Assembly: GCA_038209745.1 (NCBI GenBank)
Contig: JBBQXJ010000001.1
Span: forward strand, 30,096 to 94,095
DNA: 64,000 nucleotides
Source of the DNA: Verrucomicrobiota bacterium
GTDB taxonomy: Bacteria > Verrucomicrobiota > Verrucomicrobiia > Limisphaerales > CANJSG01
Reading direction: 5' to 3'
Shown here: positions 24,840-34,194 of the stretch, one piece after another
Layout of the letters: each line of letters starts with the position of its first letter
Numbering within the stretch: position 1 is the first letter of the stretch
Notes under the pieces: generated by a model
Database searches by the model: none
Seen by the model: only the letters and a program-made list of their open reading frames with translations
Told to the model about the DNA's origin: nothing
Made by a program: the position numbers and the translations under genes

Positions 24840-27215
24840 TCAGTTCGGCAGCGCGTTGATCGTCTGCAGCACTTCCTGCTCGATCGGCTTCCCGTCCTTC
24901 GCCTTCAGGAGGAACTTGGTGAGCACCTGGGCCACCGGTTTCCAGTCGGCGAAGTGGAGCGTCAGCGTCCGGCCGTCGGCCGAGAGTTCGGTGCTGACCA
25001 CCGCGATCTTGTCGTGACCGAGCTTTGTCGGATCCATCGCGGACACGTCCCAGCCGCCATAGTTCAGGTTGTTGTCGGGGTTGTGCTTGATGTGGCCGTT
25101 GACCGCTTTGTCCTCGGTGAACTTGTTGGCGTAGTTCCAACGTTCGACGGCGAAATTCTCCTTGTCGGTCGCTTCCTTGGCATCGAGCGGCTGGGTGAAA
25201 TGGAACTTCATGCCGTCCTTGGTGGTCGTGATACCGTCGACGGAATAGCGGGGCTTGCCGGTGAAGCGCACCCGTTCGAAGCCGCCGAGCTTCACCGCCT
25301 TGGTCTGCCAACCCTGGAGACCGACGACGTAGAGCTGACCGTCGGCCGGGTTGAAGCGCCCGCGCATGGCCGAGGAGCTGAACTTCACGGGAATGCGGAC
25401 GGCGCCGGCCTGCATGTGTCCTTTGACCTCTTCGGTCATCACATCGTAGATCGCGCACTGGCCGTAGGAGAGATGGAGGAGCGTGCCTTTGGGCAGACCC
25501 CAGCGGTTGTCGAGCACCCACACTTGGCCACCGCCCGAATTGTCCCATGACATGTCGAACCACATGAGGGGCTGGTCGCGTTCGGAGAAGGGTTTTCCGC
25601 CGGTGTCTTCCACGCCGTAGAAGCCGCCGGGCTTGATCCAGTTGAGCGGGCAGGCCGGCACCCAGGAGCCTTCGTTGTCGCCGGAGGTGAGCTGGCCGTT
25701 CCACGGATTGACGCCGATGCCGTTGGGGGCGCGGAGTCCCGAGGCCACGACCTCGAACTTCTTCCCGTCTTTGGAAACCTTCAGGAGCTTGCCGGCGTCC
25801 GCCGTGACCAAGCCGTTGCCGCCACCGCCGCCGAAGCCGCGACCGCCGCCACGGACGGGGCCCGCCTTGGAGAAGTAGAAGTTGCCTTCCTTGTCGGTCT
25901 GCAGGTCGAAGACGAACTCGTGGAAGCCCCAAGAGGCGGTGATGTCATAGTTGAAGTTCTCGTAGAAATCCGCCTGTCCGTCGTTGTTCAGATCGTGCAG
26001 GCGGGTGATGCCGTCGCGTCCCGAGACGTAGATGGTGCCGTCCACGATCTTCAGACCGAGCGAGTCGAACATGCCGGAGGCGAAGCGGGTCCACTTGACG
26101 TCGGCGAGCTTGGAGTCGATGCCGGTGACGATCCAGACGTCGCCTTCCCAGGTGGAGACGGCGGCGGAATGGCCGCCGGGGAAGAAGTCGAATCCGCCGG
26201 TGCGGACGCGGCGCTTCCAGGGATTGTCCAGCGGGGCGTTGATGGTGTCGGTGACGAACGACCCGTCCGGGGTCTCGCTGGTGTCGAGCTTGCCGCCAGG
26301 GGCGACGGCCTGGGGCCAGCGGTTGGCCTCGGGCTTCATCGGATCGACCATGTTGACGGGGGTCGCGGCCAGCTTGGCGACGACGGCCTGCTTGCTCTTG
26401 TCACCGGACCAGAGCGTCACCTTGAAGGTGGTGGCCTCGGTTCCTTTGGCGATCTTCAAGACGAGACGCCCACCGCTGGCTTCCAGAGTGGCGCCGGCGG
26501 GAGCGCCCGACAGCATCGCCACGGTGACGGAATCACCGGGACCGTTCAGCGTGGCTTTGGCGCCTTCCACCGAGCCGCTCGCCCCGGCGACGTCTGCCAG
26601 CATGGTGGAGATCGTCTCGCCGGTCTTGGAGGAGAACAGACCCTTTGGCGGAACGATCTTCAGAGTGCGGGTGAAGGCAACCTCGCCATCCGCCTCTTCG
26701 CTGCCGGGCTGTTCGTAGACCTTGGTGCCGCGAACCGTCTCCGCGATCACAACCTTGTCCCCCACGACGTAGACACCGTCGAAACGGGCCACACTGTGGT
26801 CCATCGGACCGAAAGGCTCCGGGCTGCGGGTGTCCTTGAAGTCGCCGTCCTTGCCGGCCCAACCGGGACCCATCGGAGTCCCGATCTTCTGCGAACCGAC
26901 CATTTCGGGGAATGCGCCGTGGGCGCCGTCATAGGTGACACCGTGGGTGCTGATGAATCCGCCGGTCCAGGCGGCCTGCCAGCGGACGAGGTCTTCGTCG
27001 AAGCTCATCGTCGCGTTGTGGCCGACGTGGATCGCGATGCCTTTGGGCGCCTTGTCGGCCGGTTCGTCGCCCGTCTTGCGGGTGCCGATGATGGTTTTCT
27101 GGAACGGGAAGTCGTCCTGGAGAAGGCGGTATTGGGCGGAAGCCGTGAAAGTCAGACCGGCGAGGCCGGCGACCAGCAGGGTCCGCATGAGGAATTGGCG
27201 GTTTGGAAAACGCAT
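24840..27215 (-). CDS. large secreted beta-propeller protein, heme-less relative of PVC membrane-bound-dehydrogenase-type proteins
   Basis: Signal peptide (MRFPNRQFLMRTLLVAGLAGLTFTASA; ATG 27188 is also possible). Repeated propeller-like blocks (DGITRLHDLNNDGQADF, GLRAPNGIGVNPWNGQLTSGDNEGSW). No CxxCH anywhere. Confidence 0.6.
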   Translation of the reverse strand: MRFPNRQFLMRTLLVAGLAGLTFTASAQYRLLQDDFPFQKTIIGTRKTGDEPADKAPKGIAIHVGHNATMSFDEDLVRWQAAWTGGFISTHGVTYDGAHGAFPEMVGSQKIGTPMGPGWAGKDGDFKDTRSPEPFGPMDHSVARFDGVYVVGDKVVIAETVRGTKVYEQPGSEEADGEVAFTRTLKIVPPKGLFSSKTGETISTMLADVAGASGSVEGAKATLNGPGDSVTVAMLSGAPAGATLEASGGRLVLKIAKGTEATTFKVTLWSGDKSKQAVVAKLAATPVNMVDPMKPEANRWPQAVAPGGKLDTSETPDGSFVTDTINAPLDNPWKRRVRTGGFDFFPGGHSAAVSTWEGDVWIVTGIDSKLADVKWTRFASGMFDSLGLKIVDGTIYVSGRDGITRLHDLNNDGQADFYENFNYDITASWGFHEFVFDLQTDKEGNFYFSKAGPVRGGGRGFGGGGGNGLVTADAGKLLKVSKDGKKFEVVASGLRAPNGIGVNPWNGQLTSGDNEGSWVPACPLNWIKPGGFYGVEDTGGKPFSERDQPLMWFDMSWDNSGGGQVWVLDNRWGLPKGTLLHLSYGQCAIYDVMTEEVKGHMQAGAVRIPVKFSSSAMRGRFNPADGQLYVVGLQGWQTKAVKLGGFERVRFTGKPRYSVDGITTTKDGMKFHFTQPLDAKEATDKENFAVERWNYANKFTEDKAVNGHIKHNPDNNLNYGGWDVSAMDPTKLGHDKIAVVSTELSADGRTLTLHFADWKPVAQVLTKFLLKAKDGKPIEQEVLQTINALPN

Positions 27216-27332
27216 AAAGTTCAAAGTTCGTAGCTGGACGTTGTCGGGACGGGCGAGATTCAACAACTAGCCGGGGTTAGGAACAGGTTTTTTTCAGAGC
27301 CACGTCGCGAGGCACCCTTTTCCCGTCGAAAC

Positions 27333-28487
27333 CTAGCCGCGCACCTGGGCCAGCAGCCGGGGCAGCGCGGCGCAGACGGCGCCCACTTCCACCTCGGTCG
27401 TTTCCCGGCCGAGGGAGAGCCGGACCAACGAGTTCGCCTGGGCCTGGGTCGCGCCCATCGCCAGCATGACATGCGAGGGCTCCAAGCTTCCCGCCGAACA
27501 CGCGGAACCGCTGGAGGCGCAGATCCCCTCCAAGTCCAGCACCGCCATCAACACGATGCTGTCGGTCCCGTCCACGGTGAATGCCACGGTATTGGGCAGG
27601 CGGGCTTCGGACCCGACGCCGGCAAATCCGCGAAGGACCACCCCGGGAATGGATCCGGCCGCCCGCGCCAGTTGCCCGGTCCACAACGCGAGCTGGGTCT
27701 GAGCAAAGACCGGTTCCCGCACGAAGCGCTCCGACGCTTCGGCGAATCCGATGATCGCAGGCAGGTTCTCCGTGCCGGCGCGGCGTTCGTTTTCATGTCC
27801 GCCGCCGAAGAGGATCGGATCCGGCTGCAGCGGCGACCGGATGAAAAGCGCGCCCGCTCCTTTGGGTCCGTGAAATTTATGGGCGCAGACGGACACCAGA
27901 TCGGCGTTGAACTGGTGGATGGTCTCGAACGGCAGCTTGCCAAACCACTGCGCCGCATCCGTGTGGAAGGCGACGCCCCGCTCCCGGCAAACGCCGCCCA
28001 ACTCGGCTACGGGTTGGACAACGCCCGTCTCGTTGTTCGCCGCCATGATCGACACCAGCACGGTGTCGGGGCGCAGCGCCCTTCGCAGATCGCCCGGAGC
28101 CACGACCCCCTCCGAGCCCACGGGCAGATAGGTGACCGCGAAGCCCTCCTTCTTCTCCAGATACTGGAAGCAATGGAGAGCCGCGTGGTGCTCGATCTGC
28201 GAGGTGATCAAATGACGGCCTTTGTCCCGCAACAGCCGGGCCGTGCCGAAGATGGCGAGATTGTTCGACTCCGTCCCGCCGCCGGTGAAGACCACTTCGC
28301 TCGGTTTGGCCTTCCACACCTGCGAGACCCGGTCGCGGGCGTCGTCCAGCAACGCCCGCGCTTCCCGTCCGATGCGATGGATCGACGATGGGTTGCCCCA
28401 GACCTTGTCCAAGTAGGGCAGCATGGCCTCGCGCACCGCCGGATCGAGCGGCGTGGTGGCGTTGTAGTCGAAGTAGATGGTCCGCAT
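27333..28487 (-). CDS. cysteine desulfurase (NifS/IscS class)
   Basis: PLP-lysine block SVCAHKFHGPKG and active-site SSGSACSAGS. Confidence 0.9.
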   Translation of the reverse strand: MRTIYFDYNATTPLDPAVREAMLPYLDKVWGNPSSIHRIGREARALLDDARDRVSQVWKAKPSEVVFTGGGTESNNLAIFGTARLLRDKGRHLITSQIEHHAALHCFQYLEKKEGFAVTYLPVGSEGVVAPGDLRRALRPDTVLVSIMAANNETGVVQPVAELGGVCRERGVAFHTDAAQWFGKLPFETIHQFNADLVSVCAHKFHGPKGAGALFIRSPLQPDPILFGGGHENERRAGTENLPAIIGFAEASERFVREPVFAQTQLALWTGQLARAAGSIPGVVLRGFAGVGSEARLPNTVAFTVDGTDSIVLMAVLDLEGICASSGSACSAGSLEPSHVMLAMGATQAQANSLVRLSLGRETTEVEVGAVCAALPRLLAQVRG

Positions 28488-28599
28488 CTTTCAAAGGGGG
28501 GCGAGGGCTCCCGCCTAACGCCACAAAACCATCGGCCCGGCACACCGGACGGAACGATGGCAACCGCGACGCTCCTGCTGAGTTAGCTGCATGGCATGG

Positions 28600-28977
28600 C
28601 TAGGTATTCGCGTTCTCATCTGCAAATGACCGTAAAGAATCAGGACTTGGTAAAATTTTCGGTGTGTCGCCAGCCATACTATAAACCTCCAAGCCAGCGA
28701 GAACGCCTGACTGCTCGAAAACAAAAATGCCGGACCTCTCCTCACCGATACCGAAGACAAAGTCGGCAATCGGTCGAAGTCCGCCAGCCGGCTTCGGCTG
28801 ACCGTCAATGCTGAAATTGATGCTGGCGCAACCGCAGGGACATCGCGTGGGTAAGACCTGTGCGTGCTCAAGCTGGGGCAGGAACTGGTGAGTCTCTGGC
28901 TCGCCGTGCTCCAACATCCAGCGCACGAGCGTCCGCTCCTCGCTCGTTAGGTCTCGATTGGATACACTCTCGCTCAT
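28600..28977 (-). CDS. hypothetical protein with CPCGC motif
   Basis: 125 aa from ATG 28977 (MSESVSNRDLTSEERTLVRWMLEHG...TRCPCGCASINFSIDG...LAGLEVYSMAG). Visibly lower GC than the flanks. Confidence 0.5.
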   Translation of the reverse strand: MSESVSNRDLTSEERTLVRWMLEHGEPETHQFLPQLEHAQVLPTRCPCGCASINFSIDGQPKPAGGLRPIADFVFGIGEERSGIFVFEQSGVLAGLEVYSMAGDTPKILPSPDSLRSFADENANT

Positions 28978-29009
28978 AGCTGGTGCATAGCGACGCCTAG
29001 CATCAGGAC

Positions 29010-29624
29010 TCAGCGGCGATTTGGCTGGGTGGGATCGATGAGCTTCGGCGGCGGAAAGGCGACGCCAGCGTAGATCTCCCTCAAAGAGAGCGTCACGCCC
29101 AACTTCGGCAGGACCAGCGTGCCGTCCAGACCCGACGAACTCCGCAGCAGCCATTCGTCCGAGTCCTGCCGGATGAAGAGATCCAACGTCGGCTCCGACT
29201 GGCTGATGACGAGGTATTCCCGGAGCGACCGCATCTTCTGGTAGAGCTTGAACTTCACGCCCCGGTCGTAGCCCTCGGTCGTCGGTGAAGCCACTTCCAC
29301 GAGCAACGACGGATTGGTGATCGTGTCGTCTTGTTCGTCGTCGAACTCCAACGGACCGCAGACCACGGAGATGTCTGGATAGGTGTAGAACGGAACGCCG
29401 GGAGGACGGACTCGGAGGTCGCTCGTGTAGGAACGGCACGGTCCGCCCCGGAGCTGGTTCCCAAGGGCGATGAGGGTATTCGCCCCGATCAAGCTGTGCA
29501 TCGGCGATCCGCCCGCCATCGCGAACACCTCACCGTCGTAGAACTCGGTCTTGAACTCGGCGGCCCGCTCCAAGGCGAGGTATTCCGCTTCGGTCAGGCG
29601 TTGGACTGGATGTGCGAGGCCCAT
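29010..29624 (-). CDS. Uma2 (DUF820) family endonuclease
   Basis: EYLALERAAEFKTEFYDGEVFAMAGGSPMH, PDISVVCG and LLVEVASPTTEGYDRGVKFKLYQKMRSLREYLVIS are the PD-(D/E)xK-like Uma2 blocks. Confidence 0.8.
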   Translation of the reverse strand: MGLAHPVQRLTEAEYLALERAAEFKTEFYDGEVFAMAGGSPMHSLIGANTLIALGNQLRGGPCRSYTSDLRVRPPGVPFYTYPDISVVCGPLEFDDEQDDTITNPSLLVEVASPTTEGYDRGVKFKLYQKMRSLREYLVISQSEPTLDLFIRQDSDEWLLRSSSGLDGTLVLPKLGVTLSLREIYAGVAFPPPKLIDPTQPNRR

Positions 29625-29653
29625 AATGGCTCCAGTGAAGCAGAACCCGCCGC

Positions 29654-30286
29654 TCAGGAGAAGCGGTCTTCCGTCCACGGATCCGCCGTGTTGCTGTAGC
29701 CGCGCAGCTCCCAGAAGCCAAGGATGTCGCGGTCCAGGAAGACGATCTCCCTGATCCATTTCGCGCCCTTCCAAGCGTAGCGTTTCGGCACGATCACCCG
29801 GGCCGGGCCGCCGTGTTCCTTGGCCAGCGGCTGGCCGTTCCACGAATGGGCGATGAGCACGTCGTCGTCCATCATCACGTCCAACGGGTTGTTCGTGCTG
29901 TAGCTGTCGTGGCTCTTGAAGAAGACGTGGGAGGCTTGGGCCTTGGGCTTCACCAGATCGGCCAGCGTGAAGAACGCCACGCCGGTGAACTCCATGTCGA
30001 ACTGGCTCCAGGTGGTCACGCAGTGGAAGTCGCTGGTGTCGGCGAACTGCGGCAGCGCCATGAACTGTTCCCAGTTCAACGTCACCGGATTCTCGACGAG
30101 GCCGTGGATCTTCAGCTCCCACCCGCCCACCGGGACCTCCGGCTTGATGCCGAGATCGAGCACCGGAAAGTTGCGAACCTGCCGCTGGCCGGGCGGCAAT
30201 CGGTTCTCCGAGCGCACGGCCGGCTTTTCCTTGCCGGCCATCTTCCGCGCCCAGCGTTCCTTCGCCGCGATGTAGGCTTCTTTCAT
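29654..30286 (-). CDS. sulfite-oxidase-like molybdopterin-dependent oxidoreductase (short, cytoplasmic type)
   Basis: ATG 30286. Contains LPPGQRQVRNFPVLDLG, FHCVTTWS and GGPARVIVPKRYAWKGAKWIREI. Confidence 0.8.
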   Translation of the reverse strand: MKEAYIAAKERWARKMAGKEKPAVRSENRLPPGQRQVRNFPVLDLGIKPEVPVGGWELKIHGLVENPVTLNWEQFMALPQFADTSDFHCVTTWSQFDMEFTGVAFFTLADLVKPKAQASHVFFKSHDSYSTNNPLDVMMDDDVLIAHSWNGQPLAKEHGGPARVIVPKRYAWKGAKWIREIVFLDRDILGFWELRGYSNTADPWTEDRFS

Positions 30287-30405
30287 CGTCGCGAAGATAC
30301 CGATGAAGCCTCCGAAAGAAAGGAAGCTCGCGCAGGGAGGTTTGCGGCCCTCCCTCCGGCCGGCGCGAAGTCCCATGCCCCCGTTCCGACCGCTGACATC
30401 AGCCG

Positions 30406-30422
30406 CAGGATTCGGAATCCTG
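30406..30422. promoter_or_regulatory. perfect 8-1-8 palindrome in a divergent promoter region
   Basis: CAGGATTC-G-GAATCCTG, between the divergent starts at 30286 (minus) and 30648 (plus). Confidence 0.3.
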
Positions 30423-30647
30423 TATCCAACGCCGCTTCTGGCAGCTCACGCCGGCCAGAGATCCCCGATCGCACGGGTCGCTTGGTTGTCTATTCTATCT
30501 GCGGGTCTTTCTTGGGTCGTGGCGATCCTTCCCCACTTGATTCTGGAGAGGGTCGCCCCGTGGATGGGGATTCCCACGCGAGTTGCCTGATCGGTTCCCC
30601 TCAAGGCCACTGGCGCACGCGCCTTCTCCCCGCTAGCTTCCGCGCCC

Positions 30648-31904
30648 ATGACCGTTGAACTCATCAACACCGGCTCCGAGCTGATGCTGGGGCGCGTGCT
30701 GAACACCCACGCCCAATGGCTCGGCCGGCAGCTCTCCGACCTCGGCTATTCACTCGTCCGCCAGGTCGCCGTGCCAGACACCGGCGCGGACATCCAGCAG
30801 GCGGTCCGCGAATCCCTCGGCCGTTCCCGCATCGTCATCGTCACCGGCGGGCTCGGGCCCACGTCCGACGACATCACCCGGCAGCTCATCGCCGAACTGC
30901 TCGGGCGGAAGCTGGTGTTGGACGAGCGGGTGCTCGGCGAGATCCGGGAATTCTTCCGCACCCGCAACCGGCCCATGACGCCGAACAACGAGGTGCAGGC
31001 GCTCGCCCCCGAAGGCGCCCTCGTCCTCTACAATCCCAACGGCACCGCGCCCGGCCTCGCGATGGAAGTGGCGCCCAATCCGTTCGCCGCCACGCCGGCC
31101 TGGCTCTTCATGTTGCCCGGACCGCCGCGCGAACTTCGGCCCATGTTCTCCGAACAGGTCGTCCCGCTGCTGCGCGCCAAGTGCCCGCTGGAATCCGAAG
31201 TGTCCTGCGCGACGTGGCGCACGACGGGCCTGGGGGAATCGGCCTTGGCCCAGCGGATGGAAGAGCGGTTGGCCGCGCTCAAGGACCAGGGCGTCGAGCT
31301 CGGCTACTGCGCCCATTACGGCGCGGTCGACGTCCGCGTCATCGCCCGGGGTACCGGCGCGCTCCAGCTCACGCAGGAAGCCGGCGAGGTGATCCGGGAC
31401 GAGCTGGGAGAAGCGATCTTCGGCCGGGACGACGACACGCTGGAACTGGTCGTGGTCCGCGAATTGACCGAGCGGCACCAGACCTTGGCCGTGGCCGAGT
31501 CCTGCACCGGCGGCGCCATCGCCCATCGGCTCACGAACATCCCCGGCGCTTCGGCGCCGTTCCTCGGCGGCTTCGTCACCTACAGCAACGAAGCCAAGCA
31601 GAAGTTCCTCGGCGTGCAGGCCGAGACGCTCGCCCGCCACGGCGCCGTCAGCGAGGAGACCGCCCGCGAAATGGCCGAAGGCGCCCGGCGGGCCCTGGGC
31701 AGCGACTACGCCCTCGCCGTCACGGGAATTGCCGGCCCCACCGGCGGCACGGATGCCAAACCCGTCGGCACCGTCTTCATCGCCCTGGCCTCGGCCGACA
31801 AGACCATCGTGCTGCGGCAGCTCAACCGCTGGGATCGCGAAGCCTTCAAAGCGGTGACGGGGAACCAGGCGCTTGAGCTGTTGCGGCGGACGTTGGCGAA
31901 ATAG
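30648..31904 (+). CDS. cinA: CinA family competence/damage-inducible protein (MoCF-like + NMN deamidase domains)
   Basis: MTVELINTGSELMLGRVLNTHAQWL, IVIVTGGLGPTSDDIT, and C-terminal AESCTGGAIAHRLTNIPGAS. Confidence 0.9.
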   Translation: MTVELINTGSELMLGRVLNTHAQWLGRQLSDLGYSLVRQVAVPDTGADIQQAVRESLGRSRIVIVTGGLGPTSDDITRQLIAELLGRKLVLDERVLGEIREFFRTRNRPMTPNNEVQALAPEGALVLYNPNGTAPGLAMEVAPNPFAATPAWLFMLPGPPRELRPMFSEQVVPLLRAKCPLESEVSCATWRTTGLGESALAQRMEERLAALKDQGVELGYCAHYGAVDVRVIARGTGALQLTQEAGEVIRDELGEAIFGRDDDTLELVVVRELTERHQTLAVAESCTGGAIAHRLTNIPGASAPFLGGFVTYSNEAKQKFLGVQAETLARHGAVSEETAREMAEGARRALGSDYALAVTGIAGPTGGTDAKPVGTVFIALASADKTIVLRQLNRWDREAFKAVTGNQALELLRRTLAK

Positions 31905-31944
31905 GGTGCGGGCGGCTCTGCCCCGCCTTGGTTTAGCCAAGCCG

Positions 31945-32370
31945 TCATGGTGAGACGTAGTGATAAGTTCTCAGCACGCTCCCCTGCGCATCGAAGGCTA
32001 TCCACCAACACTCGGGTGTGAAAAATGGGTAATACCAATACTGCTCGGTGCACCCCGCGACACGATCGCTCGGACCCCGCTGAGATCCATAAATGCCGAT
32101 CGTCGCGTCGGTGGCGGCTGTCGGCGTTCCCATGACGGACACCACTCGGTTCCGGCTGTCCCCGGCGTGGATCCGTTCAAAGCCCAGCTCGCATCGATGG
32201 GCCTGCCACAGGTAAAACCCAACGACAGCTAGATCGAGGGCGATGACCCCGAAGGCGAAAAGCCTCGCTCGGCGATGCTTGGTGAAGACTGCAACCGCAA
32301 GGCCTCCAGAAAGGTAGGGCGAAGGCTCCCGCCAAGCCGCCGTTTGACCCGCTGACGACGGAACTGCCAC
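31945..32370 (-). CDS. hypothetical membrane-anchored protein (GTG start)
   Basis: 141 aa with one TM helix (LFAFGVIALDLAVVGFYLW) and a Cys/Trp/Tyr-rich C-terminal domain. No recognisable family. Confidence 0.4.
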   Translation of the reverse strand: MAVPSSAGQTAAWREPSPYLSGGLAVAVFTKHRRARLFAFGVIALDLAVVGFYLWQAHRCELGFERIHAGDSRNRVVSVMGTPTAATDATIGIYGSQRGPSDRVAGCTEQYWYYPFFTPECWWIAFDAQGSVLRTYHYVSP

Positions 32371-32516
32371 ACTGGCGACTTCCCAGCGTTCCGGAGTCGC
32401 CCGTGGAGCCGGACCGGAAGGCTCTTCCGCCCCAAGGCGACTCCGCGCTTAGCCAAGACTTCCCCTGAAACGGATTCCCGGTATGATCACCCCTCGGCTT
32501 AGGCCGGTTTTGCTCC

Positions 32517-34127
32517 ATGCTTACGATTCGTGATCTGAAAATGTCCTACGGCGGCCGCACTCTCTTCGAGAACGCCTCCATGCAGGTGAACTACGGCGAC
32601 CGCGTGGGACTCGTCGGTCCCAACGGCGCCGGCAAGTCCACCCTGTTCTCCATCATCCTCAAGACCAACGTGCCCGACGAGGGCGTCGTCGAGCGCGACG
32701 CCTGGACGATGATCGGATACCTGCCGCAGGAGGGTGAGCCCGCCGGGGAGGAGACCGTGCTGGAGGTCGCCACCGGTCGCGTCGCCGAACTGCCGCGCCT
32801 GGAGGCCAAGCTCCGCGAACTGGAGGCCGCCGGCACCGTCGACACTCCGGAATACATGGAGACGACCGCCATGCACGACGCGTTGAACGATGCCCAAGTG
32901 GAGGCCAAGGCCAAGAAGCTCCTCGTCGGCCTCGGCTACAGGGAAACCGACTTCGCCCGTCCCGCCAAGGAGATGAGCGGCGGCTGGATCATGCGCGCGC
33001 ATCTGGCGCGGCTGTTGGTGATGGAGCCCGATCTGTTGCTGCTGGACGAGCCCACGAACCACTTGGACCTGCTCGCGCTGCTCTGGCTGCAGAACTACCT
33101 GAAGACCTATTCCGGCGCGCTGCTGATGATCTCCCATGATCGCCAGTTCATGGACGAGCTGGTCACCCAGGTCTTCGAGATCAACGAAAAGAAGCTCGTC
33201 TCCTACGCCGGCAACTACACCGACTACCTGCGCCAGCGCGAAGAGCGCTATGACCAGGCGCTCGCCGCCTACAAGAACCAGCAGAAGGAGATCCAGGCGC
33301 TCCAGGATTTTGCCGACCGCTTCCGCTCCGTCGCCTCGAAGGCCGCCCAGGCCATGAGCAAGCTCAAGCAGATCGAGCGCATGGACCAGCTGGAGAAACC
33401 CATGGCGCCGCGGAAGCCGTTCCGCTTCCAGATCCCGACCCCGCCACGTATCGGGCAACGGGCGATCATCCTCGAGGGAATCCACATGGCCTACGGCGAC
33501 AACCCGGTCTACACCGGCCTGGATCTCACCGTGGAACGGGACGAACGCACCGTGCTGGTGGGCCCGAACGGCGCCGGCAAATCCACCCTGCTCAAGATCC
33601 TCGCCGGCGAGGTCGGCTTCCAGAAGGGCAACCGCCAAGAGGGGCACAACACGAAGGTGGGCTACTTCAGCCAGCACCGCAGCGCGACCCTAAACCCGAA
33701 CAACACGGTCCTGGAAGAGGTCATGGCCAGTGCGCCGGCGCTGCGGGAAGACGAGGCCCGGGGCGTCCTCGGCTCCTTCATGTTCCGCAAGGAGGAGATC
33801 TACAAGAAGACCGAGGTGCTGAGCGGCGGGGAGAAGACGCGGCTGAACCTGGTGAAGTTCCTCGTCGATCCGCCCAACCTGTTGTTGATGGACGAGCCGA
33901 CGACCCATCTCGACATCACCACGGTCGAGTCGCTGATGTTCGCACTGGAGAACTACGCGGGCACGCTCGTCTTCATCTCCCATGACGTGCATTTCATCCG
34001 GCGCCTCGCCAACAAGGTGCTGCACGTGAACAACGGGCAGGTGCGCTCCTATCCCGGCGGCTACGACTACTTCCTGGAGAAGACCGAGTCCGGAGAGGAC
34101 GCCCGCGCGGCGCTGACGGCGAAGTGA
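32517..34127 (+). CDS. ABC-F family ATPase (translation-factor type)
   Basis: Two cassettes: GPNGAGKST twice, MSGGW / LSGGEK signatures, LLLDEPTNHLD / LLMDEPTTHLD. No TM domain. Confidence 0.9.
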   Translation: MLTIRDLKMSYGGRTLFENASMQVNYGDRVGLVGPNGAGKSTLFSIILKTNVPDEGVVERDAWTMIGYLPQEGEPAGEETVLEVATGRVAELPRLEAKLRELEAAGTVDTPEYMETTAMHDALNDAQVEAKAKKLLVGLGYRETDFARPAKEMSGGWIMRAHLARLLVMEPDLLLLDEPTNHLDLLALLWLQNYLKTYSGALLMISHDRQFMDELVTQVFEINEKKLVSYAGNYTDYLRQREERYDQALAAYKNQQKEIQALQDFADRFRSVASKAAQAMSKLKQIERMDQLEKPMAPRKPFRFQIPTPPRIGQRAIILEGIHMAYGDNPVYTGLDLTVERDERTVLVGPNGAGKSTLLKILAGEVGFQKGNRQEGHNTKVGYFSQHRSATLNPNNTVLEEVMASAPALREDEARGVLGSFMFRKEEIYKKTEVLSGGEKTRLNLVKFLVDPPNLLLMDEPTTHLDITTVESLMFALENYAGTLVFISHDVHFIRRLANKVLHVNNGQVRSYPGGYDYFLEKTESGEDARAALTAK

Positions 34128-34165
34128 GCCAGTCGAAGGACCGGTGGCTCTTTCAAGGAAGATGA

Positions 34166-34194
34166 ATGGCGGCAGAACTTCCGTTCGCCGCCAT
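34166..34194. terminator. hairpin between convergent ABC-F and queG (no clear U-tract)
   Basis: ATGGCGGCAGAAC-TTCC-GTTCGCCGCCAT: 12 bp with one bulge. It abuts the queG stop codon. Confidence 0.35.

Noticed and set aside
27288-27294. A T7 tract between the cysteine desulfurase gene and the 790-aa propeller gene, as a possible terminator.
   Set aside because: No GC-rich stem precedes it on either strand. It lies in the 5' leader/promoter region of the propeller gene.
30716-31876. A 386-aa same-strand alternative-frame ORF inside cinA.
   Set aside because: Extreme Arg/Pro/Gly/Ala composition typical of an off-frame reading of GC-rich coding DNA. The cinA frame carries the conserved CinA blocks.
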